Numbered from the stretch's first letter, positions 20,406 through 32,267 are shown. The stretch: DNA of 64,000 nucleotides from Synechococcus sp. (GCA_047285305.1 JBJBDL010000003.1:864001-928000), one strand, 5' to 3'. Notes: generated by a model not told the origin, from the sequence alone. Made by a program: numbers and translations.

Positions 20406-22472
20406 TTAAGGCTCGACGGCCTCGGCGATGGCGTTGCGGCTTCGCCGTTCCGCCTGCAGTTGCAGCTCATCCTTGTCAGCCTCCGCCAAGGGCAGGTCAA
20501 ACCAGAAGGTGGTGCCCACCTCGGGCTCACTCACCATCTGCACTTGGGCGCCGTGTTTCTCGAGAATCCCGCGCACGATCGAAAGACCCAGTCCGGTGCC
20601 CACTTCCGTGTGAACGGCGTTCTCGACCCGGAAGAAGCGATCGAAGATGCGCTCCTGATCAGCGCTGCTGATGCCGCAGCCCGTGTCGGCAATCTCCACC
20701 CTCAGCTTGGGCAGCGGTGAGGTGAGGGCGCAGGTGGGGCCGTCACTGGTGGTGATCGTCGTTCCCTCCACCGAACAGGCGTCGGGCCAGGGATAGGCCC
20801 GCAGTGCCAGGGGTCCGCCGGGGCGGCTGAACTTCAGAGCATTGCCCACCAGGTTGTCGAGCACCTGGAGCAGCAGGTCCCAGTTGCCCAGCACTTCGGG
20901 CAGTTCTTCGGGAACATCCAGCACCAGTTCCACCTGACGATCCTCGGCATTCAGCCGGTAGGTGCGCAGGGTCTGCTCCATGGCCGGGCGCATGCTGATC
21001 GGTTCGAACTGCAGCGTCCGGCCCGACTCCAGCCGGGAGAGATCCAGCACATCGTTCACCAGCCGGGTGAGTCGATCGGTTTCGTCGTTGGCGACCCCGA
21101 GAAACTCCTTCTGTTCATCTGGGCTGAGCTGATCGCCGAGGTCGTGCAGGGTTTCGACGTAGCTCTTGATGTTGAACAGCGGCGTGCGCAGTTCATGGGA
21201 GACGTTGCTGATGAAGCGGCTCTGCGCGGCATTCAGCTCCACCTCGCGGGTGAGGTCCTGAATGGTGACGGCGATGCCCTTGAGGGTTTCACCGCTGGCA
21301 TCACGCACAGCTTGCAGAACTATGCGCAGGGTGCGGGCCGGTTCCCCCACGCTGCAGCGCAGGTCTTCACTATCTGCAGCGCCACCAAGCAGGGAATCGA
21401 GGGGACTGTGCAGTTCGATGGCCAGCAGTTCCGGTAGTTCCCCCACCAGCTCCTGGCCTTCCAGGCTGCGCCCTTCCCAGCGGAAAAGACGCCTCGCCGT
21501 GGGATTGGCCAGCACGATGCGGCCATCGGCATCCAGCAGCATGGCGCCGTCGGCCATGGTGGCGATTAACGACTGCTGCTTCACCTGGGCGGCGGTGAGC
21601 TCCTCGATATTGGCCTCGTCGTAGGCCTCGAGCTGGGAGGCCATGGCGTTGAAGCCGGTGAGCAGTTCCCCCAATTCCCCCCCAACTGGCAGGTCAACCC
21701 GGGCACCGAAGTTGCCGGAGGCGACGGAGCGCACCCCCCGCAGCAGTTCCTTCACCGGTCGGGTGATGGTGAGGGCGTTGAACACCGCGCCCAGGATCAC
21801 CAGCACCCAGATCGAGATGAACACGGCCACGGTCACCTCCCGGGTGAGAGCTGCGCTGGCCAGGGCGGTCTCATTCGGGTTCACCCCGAGGCCGAGAACG
21901 CCGTAGTACTGACCCCTCCGGATCAGGGGGACGAACACATCGGTGACGGCACCCTGGGGCGTGAGGTGTTGCCGCACCAGGGGGTTCTGGGGGCGTCGAC
22001 GCAGCTCATCGGGCAGCTCCAGTCGTCGGTTGAGACGAAGCTCCCCATCGCCACTGCTAGGGGTGGCGCTGATCGGGATTCCCAGATAGACGACGCCTTC
22101 GGGGTCGGCGAAGAAGATGTAGCGGACGCTGCGGCTGGAACGCCAGAACTTTTCGGCGACGTTGGCCAGCTCGCGGTCTTGGCCCTGCGCCACCAGTTCA
22201 GTAACGTTGCCGGCCAGAAGCAAGCCCAGATCCCGCGCGTAGCGCGTGTCGTTCATCACGGCATCGCGCTGAATTCCGTTCAGCGCGAAGAAGGTGATGC
22301 CAGTCATCATTAGGCTCACCACCAGGGTGGCAATCGCCAGCAGCTTGGTCTGGAGGGTGAATTCCGCCCACCAGGCGGTGATGCGGTCCCAGAGGTTCTG
22401 GTCTTCCCCGGGCGGTTTGCCATTGGGGGGAAGCGCCCACTCAGCGATTGCTGCTCCGCTGCCGCTGCTCAT
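20406..22472 (-). CDS. nblS: Sensor histidine kinase NblS/Hik33 (TM-HAMP-PAS-HisKA-HATPase)
   Basis: FTLQTKLL, NDTRYARDLGLLLA, SHELRTP and RVENAVHTEVGTGLGL motifs. Confidence 0.92.
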   Translation of the reverse strand: MSSGSGAAIAEWALPPNGKPPGEDQNLWDRITAWWAEFTLQTKLLAIATLVVSLMMTGITFFALNGIQRDAVMNDTRYARDLGLLLAGNVTELVAQGQDRELANVAEKFWRSSRSVRYIFFADPEGVVYLGIPISATPSSGDGELRLNRRLELPDELRRRPQNPLVRQHLTPQGAVTDVFVPLIRRGQYYGVLGLGVNPNETALASAALTREVTVAVFISIWVLVILGAVFNALTITRPVKELLRGVRSVASGNFGARVDLPVGGELGELLTGFNAMASQLEAYDEANIEELTAAQVKQQSLIATMADGAMLLDADGRIVLANPTARRLFRWEGRSLEGQELVGELPELLAIELHSPLDSLLGGAADSEDLRCSVGEPARTLRIVLQAVRDASGETLKGIAVTIQDLTREVELNAAQSRFISNVSHELRTPLFNIKSYVETLHDLGDQLSPDEQKEFLGVANDETDRLTRLVNDVLDLSRLESGRTLQFEPISMRPAMEQTLRTYRLNAEDRQVELVLDVPEELPEVLGNWDLLLQVLDNLVGNALKFSRPGGPLALRAYPWPDACSVEGTTITTSDGPTCALTSPLPKLRVEIADTGCGISSADQERIFDRFFRVENAVHTEVGTGLGLSIVRGILEKHGAQVQMVSEPEVGTTFWFDLPLAEADKDELQLQAERRSRNAIAEAVEP

Positions 22473-23776
22473 CCGCCCGAGCGCACCTGATGGCCTATGT
22501 CTCGACGGTAGGTGATTCCGGCGTAATCCAGCTGATTGAGGCCGTTGTAGGCCCCGGCAAAGGCGGCATCGAAGTCATCGCCCTGGGCGACGACGGCCAG
22601 CACCCGGCCCCCCGCGGTGAGCAGTTCGCCGGAGCTGTCGCGGCGGGTGCCCGCATGAAACAGCTGATGGTTGGGGCTGGAGGCGAGGTCGATGCGAATC
22701 GCATCGCCTTTGCGGGGAGCCTCCGGGTAGCCCTCGGCGGCCGCCACAACGCAGGCACTGCAGCGTTCGGCGATGCTCAGTTGTGGGGCCAGATCCAGGC
22801 GTCCCAGGGCACAGGCCTGCAGCACGGCGCCGAGCTCAGGGCCGAGCAGGGGCATCAAGGTCTGGCATTCGGGATCTCCGAAGCGACAGTTGAACTCGAT
22901 CACCTGGGGCCCATCGGCCGTGATCATCAGGCCGGCGTAGATCACACCGCGGTAATCGATGCCCCGTTGGCGCAGGGCCTTCAAGGTGGGCTCGAGCACG
23001 ATGCGGCGCACCTCCTCCAGGCCCTCGGCATTCAGAAGCGGGGCGGGGGCATAGGCGCCCATGCCGCCGGTGTTGGGGCCGCGATCACCGTCCTTGAGCC
23101 GTTTGTGGTCCTGCGCCGGTGGCAATAGCACCATCCGCTCCCCATCGCAGAGGGCGAACACCGACACTTCAGGGCCCTCCATCCGCTCCTCCAGCACCAG
23201 CTGGGAGCCGGCAGCACCGAAACGCCCTTCAAACGCTTCGCGGATGGCGGTTTCTGATCCCTCCAAGCTCTCCGCCACCGTGACCCCCTTGCCGGCGGCC
23301 AAGCCATCGGCTTTGACCACCAGAGGCCGTCGCACCTCCCTCAACACCGCCAGGGCCTCGGCTTCACTGGTCACCGCCCAGTGGCCAGCGGTGGGGACCC
23401 CCGCCTCCTGCATCAGCTGCTTGGCCCAGGCTTTGCTCGCTTCCAGTTGGGCACCCTCCGCCCCCGGGCCGAACACGGCAAAACCCGCATCGCGCAGGGC
23501 ATCGGCGACGCCAGCGGCCAGCGGCGCTTCCGGACCCACCACCACCAGGTCGACGGCGTTCTGCTGGCACAGCGCGATCAACCCAGCGCTATCGGTTTCG
23601 CCAACCGCCAGGGCGCTGCCTTCCGTGCCGCCGTTGCCAGGGGTGATCCAAACCATGTCCAGGCCAGGACAACGGCCCAGGGCCCAGGCCAGGGCCTGTT
23701 CTCTGCCGCCGCCGCCGACGACGAGGGCACGTTGGAGGGCGGGCAGCTTGGTGGGACAGGTGGACGACATGGCCAT
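22469..23776 (-). CDS. purD: Phosphoribosylamine--glycine ligase
   Basis: GGGGREQA, VVKADGLAAGKGV, GPNTGGMGAY and EFNCRFGDPE motifs. Confidence 0.97.
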   Translation of the reverse strand: MAMSSTCPTKLPALQRALVVGGGGREQALAWALGRCPGLDMVWITPGNGGTEGSALAVGETDSAGLIALCQQNAVDLVVVGPEAPLAAGVADALRDAGFAVFGPGAEGAQLEASKAWAKQLMQEAGVPTAGHWAVTSEAEALAVLREVRRPLVVKADGLAAGKGVTVAESLEGSETAIREAFEGRFGAAGSQLVLEERMEGPEVSVFALCDGERMVLLPPAQDHKRLKDGDRGPNTGGMGAYAPAPLLNAEGLEEVRRIVLEPTLKALRQRGIDYRGVIYAGLMITADGPQVIEFNCRFGDPECQTLMPLLGPELGAVLQACALGRLDLAPQLSIAERCSACVVAAAEGYPEAPRKGDAIRIDLASSPNHQLFHAGTRRDSSGELLTAGGRVLAVVAQGDDFDAAFAGAYNGLNQLDYAGITYRRDIGHQVRSGG

Positions 23777-23834
23777 GGTTGCGGGAGGAAAGGTTTGGGC
23801 CTCGTAGGTTTTCCTTTGTAGACCGCAGCCCGCC

Positions 23835-24743
23835 ATGGGGACTCTCCTTTTCCCCTTCGCCCTCACCTTTCTGGCTGCTGTCACGGCAGCCCCGGATCCG
23901 CAGGTGATGCGCGAGGAACGCTTTCAGAGCGTTCTCGCTGAGATGGATCTGGCCGCGGCGGAGAAGGCCTGTCTCAACCCCCGTATCGCCAACTCCGATG
24001 GCCGTCGCCAGGCCTTGCGTGACCGGCTGCTGGAGTTGCATCCGGTGATCGATTCGTTGGAGCTGGTGCTGGCCAACGCAAATGCCCTGATGAGCTGCGG
24101 TGCCCCCGAAGCTGCGGCCGTGGTGCTCAACCGCTACAGCCCCCGCGTTGGCGATGAACGGCGTCAGTGGTTGTTGCTGCGCTGGCGTGCAGCTGCAGCG
24201 GCCCTGGATCATCGCCAGGCGGCTTTGGCGCTACGCCGTTTGGTGGATGGCAATTTGAAGGCTTTGGATGTGCCTCTGTTCCCTGATCAGCCGTTGCCGG
24301 ATCAGGGGAATGGGCTTGATCAGTTGGCTTTGCATGAAGCGGCACTGGGCCGCACCGCTGTGGCTGCGCAGCTACAACTGCTGGCCGATCTGGCGGGCGT
24401 TCAGGGGGCGAAACGACTGGCGCGGGCGGCGCAATGGCTCGATGCCGATCAGTTCGAGCAGGCCGATCAACTGTTGGAAACCGCCTTGGATCAAGCGGCG
24501 GCAGCGGAGGCCTGGGGACTGGCCATGGACCTGCTGCAACAACAGCTCCAATTGCAGTTGGCGGCTGGGGGCTATGGCGAGGGGCCGCGGCAGCGGATCC
24601 AACGGTTGGCCACTGTCCTAAATGATCGTTATGCGCTCCAGCAACTGCAGCCGGAGGCCGAACCCGATCCCTTGCTGCGTTCACCGAGGGATCCCGGAGG
24701 CCATGCTGATGTAAGACCATCAGCCGTTGCACCGTCGCCATGA
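23835..24743 (+). CDS. Conserved hypothetical helical protein, probably exported
   Basis: N-terminal hydrophobic signal, Ala/Leu-rich helices and a C-terminal [11 protein letters not shown]; stop overlaps purC start. Confidence 0.7.
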   Translation: MGTLLFPFALTFLAAVTAAPDPQVMREERFQSVLAEMDLAAAEKACLNPRIANSDGRRQALRDRLLELHPVIDSLELVLANANALMSCGAPEAAAVVLNRYSPRVGDERRQWLLLRWRAAAAALDHRQAALALRRLVDGNLKALDVPLFPDQPLPDQGNGLDQLALHEAALGRTAVAAQLQLLADLAGVQGAKRLARAAQWLDADQFEQADQLLETALDQAAAAEAWGLAMDLLQQQLQLQLAAGGYGEGPRQRIQRLATVLNDRYALQQLQPEAEPDPLLRSPRDPGGHADVRPSAVAPSP

Positions 24744-25492
24744 CGCCCGATCACGGAGAGCTGCTTTACGAAGGCAAGGCCAAACGGGTGTTCGCCAGCA
24801 CGGATCCCGACCGGGTGCTGGTGGAGTTCAAGAATGACGCCACCGCCTTTAATGCCCAGAAGAAAGCCCAGCTGCACGACAAAGGTCGGCTGAATTGCCA
24901 GATCGCAGCACGGTTGTTCGAGCTGCTGGAGCGTGAGAGGGTGCCGACCCATTACTGCTGTCTGGCCGGGGAGACCTGGATGTTGGTGCGACGGGTGGAG
25001 ATCATTCCTCTCGAGGTGGTGCTGCGCAACACCGCCACCGGATCGCTGTGTCGTCAGACGCCGATCGCGGAGGGCACAGCCATAGAACCCGCCCTGCTGG
25101 ATCTCTACTACAAGGACGATTCGTTGGGCGATCCCTTGCTCACTGAGGCGCGCGTGCAGCTGCTCGGTGTGGCAGACCCAGCGCGACTGTCAGCGATTGA
25201 ACAACTGGCCCGCCGGGTGAATGCCGTGCTCCTGCCGTTCTTTGAAGGGCTTGATCTGCAACTGGTGGATTTCAAACTGGAGTTGGGGCTGGCATCGGAT
25301 GGAACACTCCTGCTTGCCGACGAGATCAGTCCTGATACCTGCAGGCTCTGGGACCGCCGCAACAGCAATCCCGAGGACCGGATTTTGGATAAGGACCGCT
25401 TCCGCAAGGATCTCGGTGGGGTCATGGAGGCCTACGGGGAGGTCCTTAAACGGGTCCAAAGCAACTGCCCCAACCCCCGCAACTGCCTGTAG
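24740..25492 (+). CDS. purC: SAICAR synthetase
   Basis: [16 protein letters not shown] and [13 protein letters not shown] motifs. Confidence 0.97.
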   Translation: MTPDHGELLYEGKAKRVFASTDPDRVLVEFKNDATAFNAQKKAQLHDKGRLNCQIAARLFELLERERVPTHYCCLAGETWMLVRRVEIIPLEVVLRNTATGSLCRQTPIAEGTAIEPALLDLYYKDDSLGDPLLTEARVQLLGVADPARLSAIEQLARRVNAVLLPFFEGLDLQLVDFKLELGLASDGTLLLADEISPDTCRLWDRRNSNPEDRILDKDRFRKDLGGVMEAYGEVLKRVQSNCPNPRNCL

Positions 25493-25534
25493 GGTCAGCG
25501 CAACTTTTGTGGCTTCGGCCCAGCCTGCGTCTCG

Positions 25535-27724
25535 ATGATCCGCCGTTCGTCCCGCCGCTCCTTGGTTGCTGTTCGTGGCACGGTTTTGGGTCTGATGCTG
25601 GGGATCCCCCTGGTGGCTCCACCTGTGATGGCTCAAGAGGCCATGCCTGGAACCCAAGCTGCTGAGGGTGAAGAGATCGTTGGTGAAGACACCCTGGTGG
25701 AACAGCCCCGGGTGCTGATCTCCGAGGTACTGATTGAGGGCATCGAGGGTCACCCGGAAGAGGAACGTCTTCAGATCTCCACCTACGACGTCATGCAGGT
25801 GCGTCCGGGGATGCGTGTGACCCGTGAGGAGCTGCAGAACGATCTGAATGGCATTCAGGCCACAGGTTGGTTCTCGGATGTGCGGATCGTTCCGCAGAAC
25901 GGACCGCTCGGGGTTCAAGTGGTTGTTCAGGTCCAGCCCTTCCCTCCGCTGAGTGCTGTGGAGATCAACGGTGACGAGGAGAATCTCCTCTCGGATGAGC
26001 TGATTGAGCAGACGTTTGCTTCTGATTACGGCCGTACGCTCAATCTCAACGATCTGCAGCAGCGGATGAAGGCCCTGCAGGCCTTAGTGGCCGGTCAGGG
26101 CTATTCCCTGGCGCGGGTGTCCGGTCCGCAACGGGTCAGCCCTGAGGGTGTGGTTACGTTGAAGCTGCTCCAGGGGAGTGTTGCGGGAGTCGACGTCAAA
26201 TTCCTCACCCAAGATGGTGATGACACCGATGAGGATGGCAATCCCATCCGCGGCAAAACCAGGGAGTGGGTGATCACCCGAGAGGTTTCTATTCAGCCTG
26301 GTGATCCCTTCAATCGCAACCAGCTGGAGCGGGACATCAAACGGTTGTACGGAACCCAGCTGTTCAGTGATGTGAAGGTGACGTTGCGGCCAGTGACCGC
26401 GCAGCCTGGCGATGTTGTGATTGTTCTTGGCATCGTTGAGCAGTCCACTGGACAGCTCTCCGGTGGTCTTGGCTACAGCCAAGGCCAGGGTGTGTTTGGG
26501 CAGGTGCAGTTGCAGGAAACCAATTTCCTTGGAAGAGCTTGGAATTTGGGCACCAACATCACCTACGGGCAATACGGCGGACTCGCCAACCTCACCTTCT
26601 CGGACCCCTGGATCTACGGCGATAAGCACCGCACGAGCTTCCGCACTTCTCTCTTCTTGAGTCAGCAGGTGCCTCAGGTCTTCCAGAGCGAAGACAATGG
26701 CAACATCCGTGCGGCAAAGGAATATGCCAATAACGGCTCTAATTCTGCTTATGAAATAGGCAATGTTTATAACTTTACTGGCGGTGTTGCAGCTCCTGAT
26801 GATGTGAATTTGGCGCAAGCCGCTTATCCGAATCGCAGTTGGTTCGACTACGAGGGCGACACGGTGGTCCTGCGCAAGACTGGCGGCAGCTTTTCCTTCG
26901 CCCGTCCTTTGAACGGTGGTGATCCGTACAAAGAAGCTAAGTGGAATGTTGTGACCGGCATGTCTTTTGCTGAAGTGCGGCCAATCAACTTTTCAGGTGA
27001 TTCAAGGCCCTATGCCGTCTCCTCCAAAAAGCGCAGTGAAGGGAGTGGTGAGGTCAGAAAAGATGAAATTATTTGCGTTTCGTATAACTGTGCAGATAGC
27101 AATACCCTCATTGGGACTCGTTTCGCTACCACCTACAACACGCTCAACAATCCCCGCAATCCCACCGTAGGGCGGTTTTTCTCAGCCGGAACTGAGCAAT
27201 TCGTGGGAATCAATAACGACTCTCCCACCTTCAACCGGTTGCGGGCCAGCTACACGCAGTTCTTTCCTGTGGACTGGCTCAAGCTTCATAAGAGCTGTCG
27301 ACCCAAGCCCGGCGAGCAGGCCGATTGCCCGCAGGCCATTGGTTTGCAAATTAAAGGTGGCCTCCTCATGGGTGAAGCTCCCCCCTACGAGGCGTTTTGC
27401 ATGGGTGGCTCCAACTCGATTCGTGGTTGGTATGACTGCGATCTAGCTGTTTCCAAGGCCTTCAGTGAATTGACGATCGAGTACCGCTTCCCCTTGATCA
27501 GTATTTTCTCTGGTGAATTGTTCATGGATGCTGGTACTGATTTCGGCACTCAGGAGGATGTGCCTGGCAAACCCGGTCTGCTTCTGGATAAGGACGGTTC
27601 TGGTGTCTCTCTTGGTACTGGCGTGATCGTGACCACCCCAGTCGGTCCAATCCGCTTGGAGGTGGCCACCAAAGACTTTTCATCCGACTATCGCTTCAAT
27701 CTGGGCGTGGGCTGGAAGTTCTAG
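25535..27724 (+). CDS. bamA: Omp85/BamA outer-membrane assembly protein
   Basis: Signal peptide, POTRA-like repeats, GGSNSIRGW (VRGF-like) motif and C-terminal aromatic GWKF; sits upstream of lpxC. Confidence 0.9.
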   Translation: MIRRSSRRSLVAVRGTVLGLMLGIPLVAPPVMAQEAMPGTQAAEGEEIVGEDTLVEQPRVLISEVLIEGIEGHPEEERLQISTYDVMQVRPGMRVTREELQNDLNGIQATGWFSDVRIVPQNGPLGVQVVVQVQPFPPLSAVEINGDEENLLSDELIEQTFASDYGRTLNLNDLQQRMKALQALVAGQGYSLARVSGPQRVSPEGVVTLKLLQGSVAGVDVKFLTQDGDDTDEDGNPIRGKTREWVITREVSIQPGDPFNRNQLERDIKRLYGTQLFSDVKVTLRPVTAQPGDVVIVLGIVEQSTGQLSGGLGYSQGQGVFGQVQLQETNFLGRAWNLGTNITYGQYGGLANLTFSDPWIYGDKHRTSFRTSLFLSQQVPQVFQSEDNGNIRAAKEYANNGSNSAYEIGNVYNFTGGVAAPDDVNLAQAAYPNRSWFDYEGDTVVLRKTGGSFSFARPLNGGDPYKEAKWNVVTGMSFAEVRPINFSGDSRPYAVSSKKRSEGSGEVRKDEIICVSYNCADSNTLIGTRFATTYNTLNNPRNPTVGRFFSAGTEQFVGINNDSPTFNRLRASYTQFFPVDWLKLHKSCRPKPGEQADCPQAIGLQIKGGLLMGEAPPYEAFCMGGSNSIRGWYDCDLAVSKAFSELTIEYRFPLISIFSGELFMDAGTDFGTQEDVPGKPGLLLDKDGSGVSLGTGVIVTTPVGPIRLEVATKDFSSDYRFNLGVGWKF

Positions 27725-28551
27725 TGACCAGCTGGCCCCAGGACTACTCCGCTGGTTGGACATTGGCGGAGAAAACATCACGCTCGGGCATTGGCCTCCA
27801 CAGTGGAGCTGAGGCCACGGTGGAGCTTCGGCCGACGGATCAGCCGGGGTTCCACATGCGTTTGCCGGGGATGGAGCAGCCGATCCAGCTGCGGCCGGAT
27901 CAGGTGCGCGACAGCCAGTTGTGCACAACCTTGGATTTGGGCTCCAGCAAGGTGGCCACTGTCGAACATCTGCTGGCCGCTCTGGCCGGTTGTGGGCTCA
28001 GCCATGTGGAGATTGGCCTCAACGGCCATGAAGTTCCCCTGCTGGATGGCTCAGCGCTTTGTTGGGTGGAGGCCATTGCCACCGCTGGGTTTGTGCCGGC
28101 GGCCACCCCGCGTCCGCCGGCACCGCGGCTGGAGCAACCACTGCTGCGCACCCGCGGCAACAGTGTGATCACTGCCACTCCGTCCGATTGCTTTGGTGTT
28201 GTGGGCATCATCGATTTCCCGCAGGCGGCCATCGGGCGACAGCAATTCGCCCTGGAGCTCACGCCCCAACGCTTCGTCGATGAGATCGCTCCAGCACGCA
28301 CCTTTGGTTTCCGGGAGCAGGTGGAGCATTTGCGCGCTGCCGGATTGATCCAGGGCGGAGCTCTGGACAATGCCCTCGTCTGTGACGGTGATCAGTGGAT
28401 GAATCCACCGCTGCGGTTCGAGGATGAACCAGTGCGCCATAAGCTCTTGGACCTAATCGGCGACCTGGCCCTCGTCGGTTTTCCCCAGGCACAGGTTCTT
28501 GTGTACAAGGGATCCCATGGTCTTCACACCGATCTCGCAGCCGCTTTGTGA
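27724..28551 (+). CDS. lpxC: UDP-3-O-acyl-GlcNAc deacetylase
   Basis: [25 protein letters not shown] and [11 protein letters not shown] motifs. Confidence 0.96.
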   Translation: MTSWPQDYSAGWTLAEKTSRSGIGLHSGAEATVELRPTDQPGFHMRLPGMEQPIQLRPDQVRDSQLCTTLDLGSSKVATVEHLLAALAGCGLSHVEIGLNGHEVPLLDGSALCWVEAIATAGFVPAATPRPPAPRLEQPLLRTRGNSVITATPSDCFGVVGIIDFPQAAIGRQQFALELTPQRFVDEIAPARTFGFREQVEHLRAAGLIQGGALDNALVCDGDQWMNPPLRFEDEPVRHKLLDLIGDLALVGFPQAQVLVYKGSHGLHTDLAAAL

Positions 28552-29003
28552 CTGAATCCACCACCCCAAACGTCGTGCTCACCAGCGAGCAGATCGCCGG
28601 TTTGCTTCCGCACCGTTACCCCTTCGCGCTGGTGGATCGGGTCATCGCCCATGAGCCCGGGGTTTCCGCCACGGCGATCAAGAATGTGACCATGAACGAG
28701 CCCCAGTTTCAGGGGCATTTCCCCGAGCGTCCCCTGATGCCAGGGGTGCTGATTGTCGAGGCGATGGCGCAGGTGGGTGGTCTGATCGTGACCCAGATGC
28801 CCGATCTGCCGAAGGGACTGTTCGTGTTCGCCGGGATTGACGGGGTACGCTTCCGGCGCCCTGTGGTTCCTGGAGATCAGCTGGTGATCCGTTGTGAACT
28901 GCTCAGCCTCAAGCGCAAACGTTTCGGCAAGGTGAAGGCTGAGGCCACAGTGGACGGCGATCTGGCCTGCTCTGGAGAATTGATGTTCTCCCTGGTGGAC
29001 TGA
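28548..29003 (+). CDS. fabZ: 3-hydroxyacyl-ACP dehydratase
   Basis: [12 protein letters not shown] and [20 protein letters not shown] motifs. Confidence 0.97.
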   Translation: MTESTTPNVVLTSEQIAGLLPHRYPFALVDRVIAHEPGVSATAIKNVTMNEPQFQGHFPERPLMPGVLIVEAMAQVGGLIVTQMPDLPKGLFVFAGIDGVRFRRPVVPGDQLVIRCELLSLKRKRFGKVKAEATVDGDLACSGELMFSLVD

Positions 29004-29008
29004 GCGGG

Positions 29009-29833
29009 ATGTCGCAGCAAACGGCGTCACAGCAAATCCACCCCACGGCGGTGGTGGACCCGAAGGCCGAGCTGGCCTCCGGCGTGGTCATCGGCCCGGG
29101 TGCGGTGGTCGGCCCTGAGGTGGTGATCGGAGAGCACACCTGGATCGGTCCCCATGCCGTGTTAGATGGTCGGCTGACCCTGGGTCGTGACAACAAGGTG
29201 TACCCGGGCGCCTGCCTGGGTCTTCCGCCGCAGGATCTCAAGTACCGCGGTGCCAACACCGAGGTGTTGATCGGTGATGGAAACACTCTGCGGGAATGCG
29301 TGACGATTAACCGCGCCACCGAAGAGGGTGAGGTGACCCGCATCGGCAATGGCAACCTGCTGATGGCTTATTGCCATCTTGGCCATAACTGCGATCTCGG
29401 CAATAACATCGTGATGTCAAACGCCATTCAGGTGGCGGGCCACGTGGTGATCGAAGACCGTGCAGTAATCGGTGGCTGTCTGGGGATTCACCAGTTTGTT
29501 CACATCGGTGGGATGGCGATGGTGGGCGGGATGACCCGCGTCGACCGAGATGTTCCCCCCTATTGCCTGGTCGAAGGCCATCCGGGCCGCGTGCGGGGTT
29601 TGAACCGTGTGGGTCTGCGGCGCCGTGGCCTAGCTGCCAACCATGACGGCGCTGAACTCAAGCAGCTTCAGGAGATCTGGACCCTGATGTATCGCACTGA
29701 CCTGGTGATTGCCGATGCGCTTCAGCAGGCCAGAAGCCAGCCCTTGCTGCCGGCGGCTGAGCACTTCTGCCGGTTCCTTGAAGCCTCCACGGGTCAGGGT
29801 CGACGGGGGCCGATGCCGGTGCAGGGCCGCTGA
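29009..29833 (+). CDS. lpxA: UDP-GlcNAc acyltransferase
   Basis: Hexapeptide repeats, PQDLKY and HQFVHIG motifs. Confidence 0.96.
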   Translation: MSQQTASQQIHPTAVVDPKAELASGVVIGPGAVVGPEVVIGEHTWIGPHAVLDGRLTLGRDNKVYPGACLGLPPQDLKYRGANTEVLIGDGNTLRECVTINRATEEGEVTRIGNGNLLMAYCHLGHNCDLGNNIVMSNAIQVAGHVVIEDRAVIGGCLGIHQFVHIGGMAMVGGMTRVDRDVPPYCLVEGHPGRVRGLNRVGLRRRGLAANHDGAELKQLQEIWTLMYRTDLVIADALQQARSQPLLPAAEHFCRFLEASTGQGRRGPMPVQGR

Positions 29834-31014
29834 TGGTTCGGCTGCTGATCAGCACCGGGGAGGTCTCCGGTGATCTGCAGGGCAGCCTGTTGATTCGCGC
29901 CTTGCGGTTGGAGGCGGAACGACGGGGACTTGAGCTGGAAGTGCTGGCTCTGGGTGGCCCGCGCATGGAGGCGGCGGGTGCCGTGTTGATCGCCGATACC
30001 GCGCCGATGGGGGCGATCGGCCTGTGGGAGGCCCTTCCCTTGATTCTTCCCACGCTGCGGCAACAGGCCCGGGTGGATGCGCTATTGGAGGACCAGCCCC
30101 TTGATGGGGTGGTGCTGATCGACTATGTCGGGGCCAATGTGCGCTTGGGCACGCGGCTGCGGCGCCAGCAACCCGAGCTGCCGATCACCTATTACATCGC
30201 CCCCCAGGAATGGGCCTGGCGTTTTGGCGATGGCAGCAGCACTCGATTGATCGAATTCACCGACAGGATTCTGGCGGTTTTCCCTGCTGAGGCCGAGTTC
30301 TATGCCGCCCGCGGTGCGGATGTGAGCTGGGTGGGCCATCCGTTGCTGGACAACTTCCAGAACCTGCCCGATCGCGCCAGCGCCCGCCGCCAAATGGGAC
30401 TGGACCCTGATGCTCCAGTGCTGTTGTTGCTGCCGGCCTCGCGGACCCAAGAGTTGCGCTATCTGATGCCACCGTTGGCCCAGGCGGCGGCCCTGTTGCA
30501 GCACAGCTATCCTGATCTCCAGGTGCTCTTGCCCGCTGGGCTTGCGCAGTTCGAAGCGCCCCTGACTGCAGCGCTTCAGGCAGCCGGCGTTCGCCATGGC
30601 CGGGTGATTCCCGCCTCTGAAGCGGATGGACTGAAGACCACCCTCTGTGCGGCGGCGGATCTCGCCTTGGGCAAATCCGGCACGGTGAATCTGGAACTAG
30701 CTCTCCAGGGGGTTCCCCAGGTAGTGGGTTACCGCGTCAGCCGACTGACGGCCTGGGTTGCCCGCCATGTTCTGCGCTTCCAGGTGGACCACATCTCGCC
30801 GGTGAATCTGTTGCTCAAGCAGCGGTTGGTGCCGGAGCTGCTGCAGGACGAACTCACGGCCGAAGCCCTGGTGGAGAGGGCGCTTCCTCTGTTGACCGAT
30901 ACGCCTGAGCGCCACGCCATGCTCGAGGGGTATGAGCGGCTGCGGACCACCCTGGGTGCTCCTGGGGTTACAGAGCGGGCGGCCAAGGCCATCTTTGACC
31001 AGGTGATCGGATGA
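29833..31014 (+). CDS. lpxB: Lipid-A-disaccharide synthase
   Basis: [23 protein letters not shown] and KSGTVNLE motifs. Confidence 0.96.
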   Translation: MVRLLISTGEVSGDLQGSLLIRALRLEAERRGLELEVLALGGPRMEAAGAVLIADTAPMGAIGLWEALPLILPTLRQQARVDALLEDQPLDGVVLIDYVGANVRLGTRLRRQQPELPITYYIAPQEWAWRFGDGSSTRLIEFTDRILAVFPAEAEFYAARGADVSWVGHPLLDNFQNLPDRASARRQMGLDPDAPVLLLLPASRTQELRYLMPPLAQAAALLQHSYPDLQVLLPAGLAQFEAPLTAALQAAGVRHGRVIPASEADGLKTTLCAAADLALGKSGTVNLELALQGVPQVVGYRVSRLTAWVARHVLRFQVDHISPVNLLLKQRLVPELLQDELTAEALVERALPLLTDTPERHAMLEGYERLRTTLGAPGVTERAAKAIFDQVIG

Positions 31015-31634
31015 AACGAACTCTGCTGCTGCTATTTACCTGCCTGATGCTGCTCAGCTTGCCTCAGCGCGCCATGGCTGAGCTGCAGACGGCGGTCTTT
31101 GCCGGTGGCTGTTTCTGGTGCCTGGAGCATGACCTGGAAGATTTGCCCGGGGTGCGTAATGCCGTGAGCGGCTACAGCGGCGGTCATTTGGAGCGTCCCA
31201 CCTACCGGCAGGTGAGCAGTGAGACCACTGGTCATCAGGAAGCGGTGCAGGTGCGCTTTGACCCGGATCAGATCAGCTACGCGGAGCTGCTGCGTAGCTA
31301 CTGGCGCAATGTGGACCCCCTTGACGACGGCGGTCAGTTCTGCGACCGCGGCGATTCCTACCGGCCGGTGATCTTCACGGCTGACGACGCTCAGGCTCAG
31401 GCGGCTGAGGCCAGTGCGGCGGCGGCGGCCCTTGAGCTCAGACAACCCCGGTCTGCATTGAAGGTGGAGCTCAGGCAGGCAGCCCGTTTCTGGCCTGCCG
31501 AGGGTTACCACCAGAACTACGCAGAGAACAACGCCGTCAAATACAACTTTTACCGGTTCAGCTGTGGTCGCGACCGCAGGCTCGACAGCGTCTGGGGCTA
31601 CAACGCTCGCTCCGGTAACACCTGGGGGAATTAA
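31011..31634 (+). CDS. msrA: Peptide methionine sulfoxide reductase A with signal peptide
   Basis: FAGGCFWC and AEGYHQNY motifs. Confidence 0.95.
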   Translation: MKRTLLLLFTCLMLLSLPQRAMAELQTAVFAGGCFWCLEHDLEDLPGVRNAVSGYSGGHLERPTYRQVSSETTGHQEAVQVRFDPDQISYAELLRSYWRNVDPLDDGGQFCDRGDSYRPVIFTADDAQAQAAEASAAAAALELRQPRSALKVELRQAARFWPAEGYHQNYAENNAVKYNFYRFSCGRDRRLDSVWGYNARSGNTWGN

Positions 31635-31682
31635 TGATGCACAGGAACCCTTCAGGCAGTCCTTTCCCTGTTGGCTGCAGCC

Positions 31683-31796
31683 TCAATCTTCCGCAGAGCT
31701 CCCTCGGGTGCGCGCACGGTCGCTCAGCCAGATGATCACCCGCGTGATCGCCCACGCGAGGGAGACGCCCAACAGGATCGAGAGCAGCGACTCCAC
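31683..31796 (-). CDS. Putative 37-aa single-TM peptide
   Basis: Hand translation from GTG: MESLLSILLGVSLAWAITRVIIWLSDRARTRGSSAED. Confidence 0.45.
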   Translation of the reverse strand: MESLLSILLGVSLAWAITRVIIWLSDRARTRGSSAED

Positions 31797-31880
31797 AGCA
31801 CAGCACTTGAGGTCACCGGCACGTGCCGGATGCTCCTCAATATGCCGATCTGAGCAAGCAATGCGTGTGGACTGTCGCGA

Positions 31881-32033
31881 TCAGTCTCTTGCTTTGGCGT
31901 CCTTGTTCTTGTCTTTTGCTCGCTGTGTTGTGGCCTGAAGCTTGGATGCCACCTTGCAGGCCAGGGAAGCTTCCATGCGCTGCAGCTGTGCTTCGCGCAG
32001 GGCATCAGAAATGCTAAGAGCTCGGTCAGTCAT
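31881..32033 (-). CDS. Putative 50-aa basic helical peptide
   Basis: Hand translation MTDRALSISDALREAQLQRMEASLACKVASKLQATTQRAKDKNKDAKARD. Confidence 0.45.
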   Translation of the reverse strand: MTDRALSISDALREAQLQRMEASLACKVASKLQATTQRAKDKNKDAKARD

Positions 32034-32234
32034 CGATTGGCGTTCTCGACGGCAGCAGGCTCAGGGCTTTGTGCGATCGAAAGGGGGCCTAAAGATCAAA
32101 GTAGTGAGAAAACCTAGACGCCCACGGGTCAACGTCCAGGGAGCAAAAGTGCTTGCGTCAGTGTCTGGCAACACGCCCGCGCCTAAACGCCAGTGTGCTC
32201 AATGGCTTGCCAAATCATGGTCGCCATGGCTATC

Positions 32235-32248
32235 AGTACAGGCGTACT
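32235..32248. promoter_or_regulatory. LexA-type box
   Basis: AGTAC-AGGC-GTACT; the reverse strand fits the cyanobacterial RGTACNNNDGTWCB consensus. It ends 20 bp before the ATG at 32268. Confidence 0.7.
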
Positions 32249-32267
32249 AATATTTTTGGGGCGGCTC

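Noticed and set aside
17554..22472. kaiABC next to a histidine kinase as a novel clock output
   Set aside because: The kinase is NblS/Hik33 on the opposite strand, not SasA or CikA; this adjacency is ordinary picocyanobacterial synteny.
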